Assembly (NCBI GenBank): GCA_016179745.1
Contig: JACPCP010000021.1
Coordinates: forward strand, 1 to 59,102
DNA length: 59,102 nt
Direction: 5' to 3'
Origin: Candidatus Omnitrophota bacterium
GTDB taxonomy: Bacteria; Omnitrophota; Omnitrophia; Omnitrophales; JACQLI01
The notes below the pieces were generated by a model. The model was not told the DNA's origin and did not search any database. It saw nothing but the letters and a program-made list of their open reading frames with translations. Of the stretch, positions 55,901-59,102 are shown in pieces. The translations under genes and the position numbers were made by a program. Position 1 is the stretch's first letter. The number at the start of each line of letters is the position of its first letter.

Positions 55901-58435
55901 CCTTTTCCCGGCCGGACATTGACAGCCCTGGAATTTGTCGCAGATCACTCCTCCCAATGCCCCGCTGCAACGTTCACTGACCGGAACATGTTGGCAGACT
56001 CCGGCATCGCAACGCTCCTCGGTGCAGCTGACGCCGTCATCCGCACATTCGCTGTCCGATTGACATCCTGACGGCGGAACTCCGCCGGCCTTGCATTCAC
56101 CGCTGACGCCGTCGCAAGTCTGCCCTTCCGGACAGAGCTTGGGAGCTCCGGAATCGCACCTCCCGTTTCGGCATTGGTCGTCGACCGTGCAGACATTTCC
56201 GTCATCGCAACGACCGCCGTCCAGAGGCGAGTGCTGGCAGAAGCCTCCGCCGCCGCCTCCACCTGGGGAAACGAATATCTCACAGGCATCACTGGTGCAG
56301 GGATTCCGGTCATCACATTGCGAGTTCTCGATGCAACCCAAACATTTCGATGTTTCTGGGATACACCGGCCTTGACAATAATAGGAACCCAGACGGCAAC
56401 TGCATTCGCCCGCTGGTTCGTTGCATTCCTCGAGTAGACCGCATTTCTTTTGACCTGTGCAAGCCCCGTTGCCGCAGCGATCTCCAATCGTGCAGCTCTT
56501 TCCATCATCGCAAGGGTCAGTATTATTCATGAACATGCACCCCATCTGCGGACCACAGGAATCTGTGGTGCAAATATTCCCGTCATTACAGACTAAAGGA
56601 GCCCCGGGGGCACACTCGCCGGTCTGCGTATTGCAGCTTTCTTGACCGTCACAGATATTTTGATTGTCGCAATCGGAGTCCTGGAGGCACCCCGGCTTTT
56701 CCACCCGGCATTCTGCCGAGCACCTGTCACCTGAAACCGTGTTGCCGTCATCACATTCTTCGCCTGCCTCTATGGTTCCATTCCCGCAAATCACACCGCA
56801 CCCTGGGATAGGCTCATAAACACACCCCACGTCGGGCCTGCAGTCGTCCTTTGTGCAAGGGTTCTTGTCATCAGCGCAGACGGAAAAAATTGTCCCTCGG
56901 CAGATTCCGTCTTGACAGGTGTCACCCTGAGTGCAGAGGTTTTGGTCATCGCAAGAAGCAGTGTTAGGAATAAACTGACATTTACCTGTTGCGGGATCGC
57001 AGGCGTTGTCGGTGCACAGATTTTGGTCGTCGCAGACAAGGGGTGTTCCGGCCACGCACTCGCCTGTAGCCAGGTCAATGGTCTCTTGCCCGTTACAGAG
57101 ATCACCGTCATTGCAGTTAGCGGGATCGGGTGTGTGTTGACACCCTTCGGCCGGGTCACAGATATCCGTGGTCCCCGGTTTGCCATCATCACAGTTTATG
57201 GGCTCACCGGCCGCGCATTGGCCGGCCTGACAGGTCTCGGTGCCGTTACAGGCATTCGCATCACTGCAACTTAAGTTGTCATCCGGAGTATTCTGACAGC
57301 CTTGGACCGTGCATTGGTCCGCGGTGCAGGCGAGACCGTCATCGCAGTTCTTATCGTTGGTGACATGCTTGCACCCTTCGGCTGGGTCGCAGGAATCCGC
57401 CGTGCAGTCAACCGCATCCGAACAATCGAGCGCCTTTCCGGAGCGGCACTTCTTTCCGGCGCACTGGTCTTCAGCGGTGCAAAGGTTTCCGTCATCGCAG
57501 GGCGCCCGATTCGATTTGAAGCGGCATTTTCCATTTTCGCATCGGTCATCCGTGCAAACATTGCCGTCGTCGCAGACAAGGGGCTCGCCGGCCGCGCATT
57601 GGCCTTCGACGCAACTCTCTTTTCCGTTGCAACGGTCTTTATCGTCGCAATCTGAATCTTTGAGACACCTTGGCTTTACTTCCACCTTACACTCCGCCGA
57701 GCAGCCGTCGTCGGGAGTGGTGTTGCCGTCGTCACATTCTTCGTCACCCTCGACCCGTCCGTTGCCGCATTCCGGACACTGGGTTGGAGGAAGACACGTC
57801 CCCGTCTTCAGACAACGAGACTGGTCCGCCAGACAATCACATCTTCCCGTGTCCTTGAAACAGACTTCCGTCGGCGGACAGACCACCGGTTCGCCGGCGA
57901 CACAGCTCCCTTCCGTGCACCGGTCTCCAACCGTGCAAGCATCTTGGTCGGCGTCACATGGAGCGATGTTGTTGATCGCCCGGCATTCCCCGTTTTGACA
58001 AATATTCTCCGTGCACATATTCCCATCGTCGGTGCATCGCTCCCCCTCATTTGCAGGGCCCGAAACGATTTCCCCCGTCGCCGGGTTGCAACCCCTGCTT
58101 TGACATTCCACCTGCTCTACGACAACTGGCGGTTTTGTCTCGATGCATTTCCCGGCCTGACAAACGTAAACGCCATTGCACACATCCTGGTCATCGCAAT
58201 CGGTGTCCCTTTGACACTTGCACTCACCGATGGGGACACAAATCTCACCGCAAACCTCGCTGTTAGAAGGACACTGACATTCTCCGGTCGCAGGGACGCA
58301 GTCCATGCCATCGGGACAGACCTTCTCGACACCAGACACGCACTGGCCGGAGCGGCAGAGCTCTTCTCCGTTGCAGAGGTCCGGGTCACCGCAGGCGAGC
58401 GAGTCATCCGGGGTATTTTGACAGCCCTGGGTGGT
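52994..58435 (-). CDS. Large Cys-rich repeat protein, 3' part (myxobacterial-type cysteine-rich and CDDGNxCTxDxC repeats)
   Basis: CGNG.VE..EECDDGN....DGCSAEC modules, many CDD.N.CT.D.C modules, and CGDG.I...ERCDPPG tandem units. The frame is open upstream of the listed start to about 58435. Confidence 0.88.
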   Translation of the reverse strand, partial: TTQGCQNTPDDSLACGDPDLCNGEELCRSGQCVSGVEKVCPDGMDCVPATGECQCPSNSEVCGEICVPIGECKCQRDTDCDDQDVCNGVYVCQAGKCIETKPPVVVEQVECQSRGCNPATGEIVSGPANEGERCTDDGNMCTENICQNGECRAINNIAPCDADQDACTVGDRCTEGSCVAGEPVVCPPTEVCFKDTGRCDCLADQSRCLKTGTCLPPTQCPECGNGRVEGDEECDDGNTTPDDGCSAECKVEVKPRCLKDSDCDDKDRCNGKESCVEGQCAAGEPLVCDDGNVCTDDRCENGKCRFKSNRAPCDDGNLCTAEDQCAGKKCRSGKALDCSDAVDCTADSCDPAEGCKHVTNDKNCDDGLACTADQCTVQGCQNTPDDNLSCSDANACNGTETCQAGQCAAGEPINCDDGKPGTTDICDPAEGCQHTPDPANCNDGDLCNGQETIDLATGECVAGTPLVCDDQNLCTDNACDPATGKCQFIPNTASCDDQNLCTQGDTCQDGICRGTIFSVCADDKNPCTKDDCRPDVGCVYEPIPGCGVICGNGTIEAGEECDDGNTVSGDRCSAECRVEKPGCLQDSDCDNQNICDGQESCNTQTGECAPGAPLVCNDGNICTTDSCGPQMGCMFMNNTDPCDDGKSCTIGDRCGNGACTGQKKCGLLEECNEPAGECSCRLGSYYCQGRCIPETSKCLGCIENSQCDDRNPCTSDACEIFVSPGGGGGGGFCQHSPLDGGRCDDGNVCTVDDQCRNGRCDSGAPKLCPEGQTCDGVSGECKAGGVPPSGCQSDSECADDGVSCTEERCDAGVCQHVPVSERCSGALGGVICDKFQGCQCPAGKRLCSFSNVCVPQQFFNVVCRQDSAQCPNGICTTGSAQCSQIGGRITALECGTGFQSKWCCQLITIPEPPPPRGCQADSACDDRNACNGIETCVQGQCRAGQPLACDDQDACTLDSCDTLEGKCQFTEMQCPAGERCQNGSCKPLLPGVCFDDFDCGVGACHEVSAGQCEECTTRTLCESGLCVATGQSPKCRPCSCPTSLGECPKDFICSSRGTEFICINVSRACGAGEVKISGDNCGTPECVGVCEGCRPVVCGDTLIDSPEECDDGNTNSGDGCSAECKREALTQAPPPGVCQTDADCMDTNRCNGEEKCQDGQCVAGAPLVCDDSNLCTTDSCNPAVGCAYIHNSEPCVDDGIQCTTDQCQNGFCQHIPNNGLCPTGEQCIVEQRGCVELIRPPGAPAPPANCGDGSVNGGERCDPPGQPSDRCPRDKICSSNCQSCSPAPQSCGDRIIGPDERCDPPGEASVRCPSDKICRSDCRGCSPKPGAQCGDGEIDRGERCDPPGEKGVCGKGSICDVSCTKCVNEPLVCGDGKITKDERCDPPGQQGICKKGAICDVSCTKCVSEPVVCGDGKIGRGEKCDPPGQQGTCRRGRVCSPACNRCIVSGTPPETPPACRQASDCDDHNPCTADSCDPRAGCRHEEIPNCGKDCRVEISGGAQVGSDGMLTITAQSTCEDNRSASGEIEREWFEEKAAWAAVQDDAEGPPCDGEGFHWSVEGPAEIVEGEGTPRVKIRCKEEGKISVTAEGVCSGQVDVFTAKCPKPKTEKAEITCTGGILVKGKDPKEGLDPALCYKVGDKGLDSDGTNYWCVTTEKREIDTDCCGGDISECQGSAETIPTLTYNSGTRIYRGVRCASTKTSCLAGVGTMSSKKCGTAKCPSGYTPVNGQEETGGERYWCCSCESIDTAKCGGNSIGKCDTSGALGTTDTGSQCARTITESELSSSTSYGECNCKCHACECGDVGTTCYSVS

Positions 58436-59098
58436 GTGCCCGGGGCACAGTTGCCGTCGACAATGATTTCTGTGCCGTTACAGACGTCGTGATCGTCACA
58501 GAGAGAGGGGTCTTCTTCATAGAGACACCCTTCCGTGGGACTGCAGGAGTCCCGGGTCCCTTGTTTCCCGTCGTCACACTCTAGGGCCGTGCCGGCCACG
58601 CACTGGCCGGAGCGGCAGAGCTCTTCTCCGTTGCAGAGGTCCGGGTCACCGCAGGCGAGCGAGTCATCCGGGGTATTTTGACAGCCCTGGGTGGTCAGGG
58701 CCGTGCCGGCCAGGCACTGGCCGGAGCGGCAGAGCTCTTCTCCGTTGCAGAGGTCCTGGTCACCGCAGGTGAGCGAGTCATCCGGGGTATTTTGACAGCC
58801 TTGGGCCGTGCATTGATCAGCGGTGCAGACGTTGTCGTCGTCACAAAGATTGTTATTGGCCGAGTATCGGCATCCGGCGACAGGGTCGCAGGAGTCGGTG
58901 GTGCAGGCTACTCCATCGTCACAGACCTCGGGAGTGCCCGGGACGCAGTTGCCGTCCACCACCGTCTCGATCCCGTTACAGACATTGCCGTCATCACAGA
59001 GGCCGGGGTCTTCAAGGTGCCTGCACCCTTCCGTGGAATCGCAGGAGTCCCGGGTCCCTTGTTTTCCGTCGTCACACTCCAGGGCCGTGCCGGCCAGG
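58337..59098. repeat. Near-identical intragenic DNA repeats
   Basis: 99-bp perfect repeat at 58337-58435 and 58597-58695, a third copy at 58714-58800 with 2 mismatches, and 58541-58596 nearly identical to 59041-59098. Confidence 0.88.
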
Positions 59099-59102
59099 CA
59101 CT
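58436..59102 (-). CDS. Large Cys-rich repeat protein, 5' part (open to the window edge, frameshifted relative to the 3' part)
   Basis: Frame is open from 59100 (CLAGTALECDDGKQGTRDSC...) to GNCAPGT at about 58436, after which the Cys-rich reading continues in another frame. Confidence 0.82.

Overview
A 59-kb bacterial chromosome segment, mostly minus-strand genes. The giant gene and overall gene content suggest Omnitrophota (inference, not verified). From the left: (1) a 13.6-kb giant ORF (4536 aa) with a signal peptide and a string of enzyme and scaffold modules (HEAT repeats, TM pairs, two SAM methyltransferases, GNAT, UDP-glucuronate-decarboxylase-like SDR, Ser/Thr kinase), punctuated by about 11 R-[SA]-E-[VMT]-R motifs, two pairs of which bracket palindromic DNA elements; its 3' end appears cut by a chimeric junction. 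(2) A housekeeping run: rdgB, rph, queE, damaged queC, murI, csp, aminotransferase, a lipoyl domain without the lipoyl Lys, lipA, lpdA, nnrE, miaB. (3) An accessory islet: AbiEi/AbiEii TA pair, a His-rich exported protein and a collapsed transglutaminase pseudogene. (4) Acyl-CoA dehydrogenase, kdsB, a small protein behind an attenuator-like leader, a permease and a FecR protein. (5) A tldD-pmbA-kamA-ddl-like-LysM amidase cluster divergent from a circularly permuted ATP-grasp gene. (6) surA-like, lpxD, folE, mrp, iscS. (7) Polysaccharide export genes (TPR, beta-barrel, broken wza, wzc), a diguanylate cyclase, an esterase and an O-antigen ligase. (8) A more than 2000-codon Cys-rich repeat protein with a frameshift, running off the right edge. 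Several genes show short internal deletions that join frames (murI/queC, transglutaminase twice, wza, Cys-rich gene); these may be real decay or assembly artefacts. No rRNA, tRNA, CRISPR array or transposase was found. All calls are by-eye motif recognition; no database searches were run.
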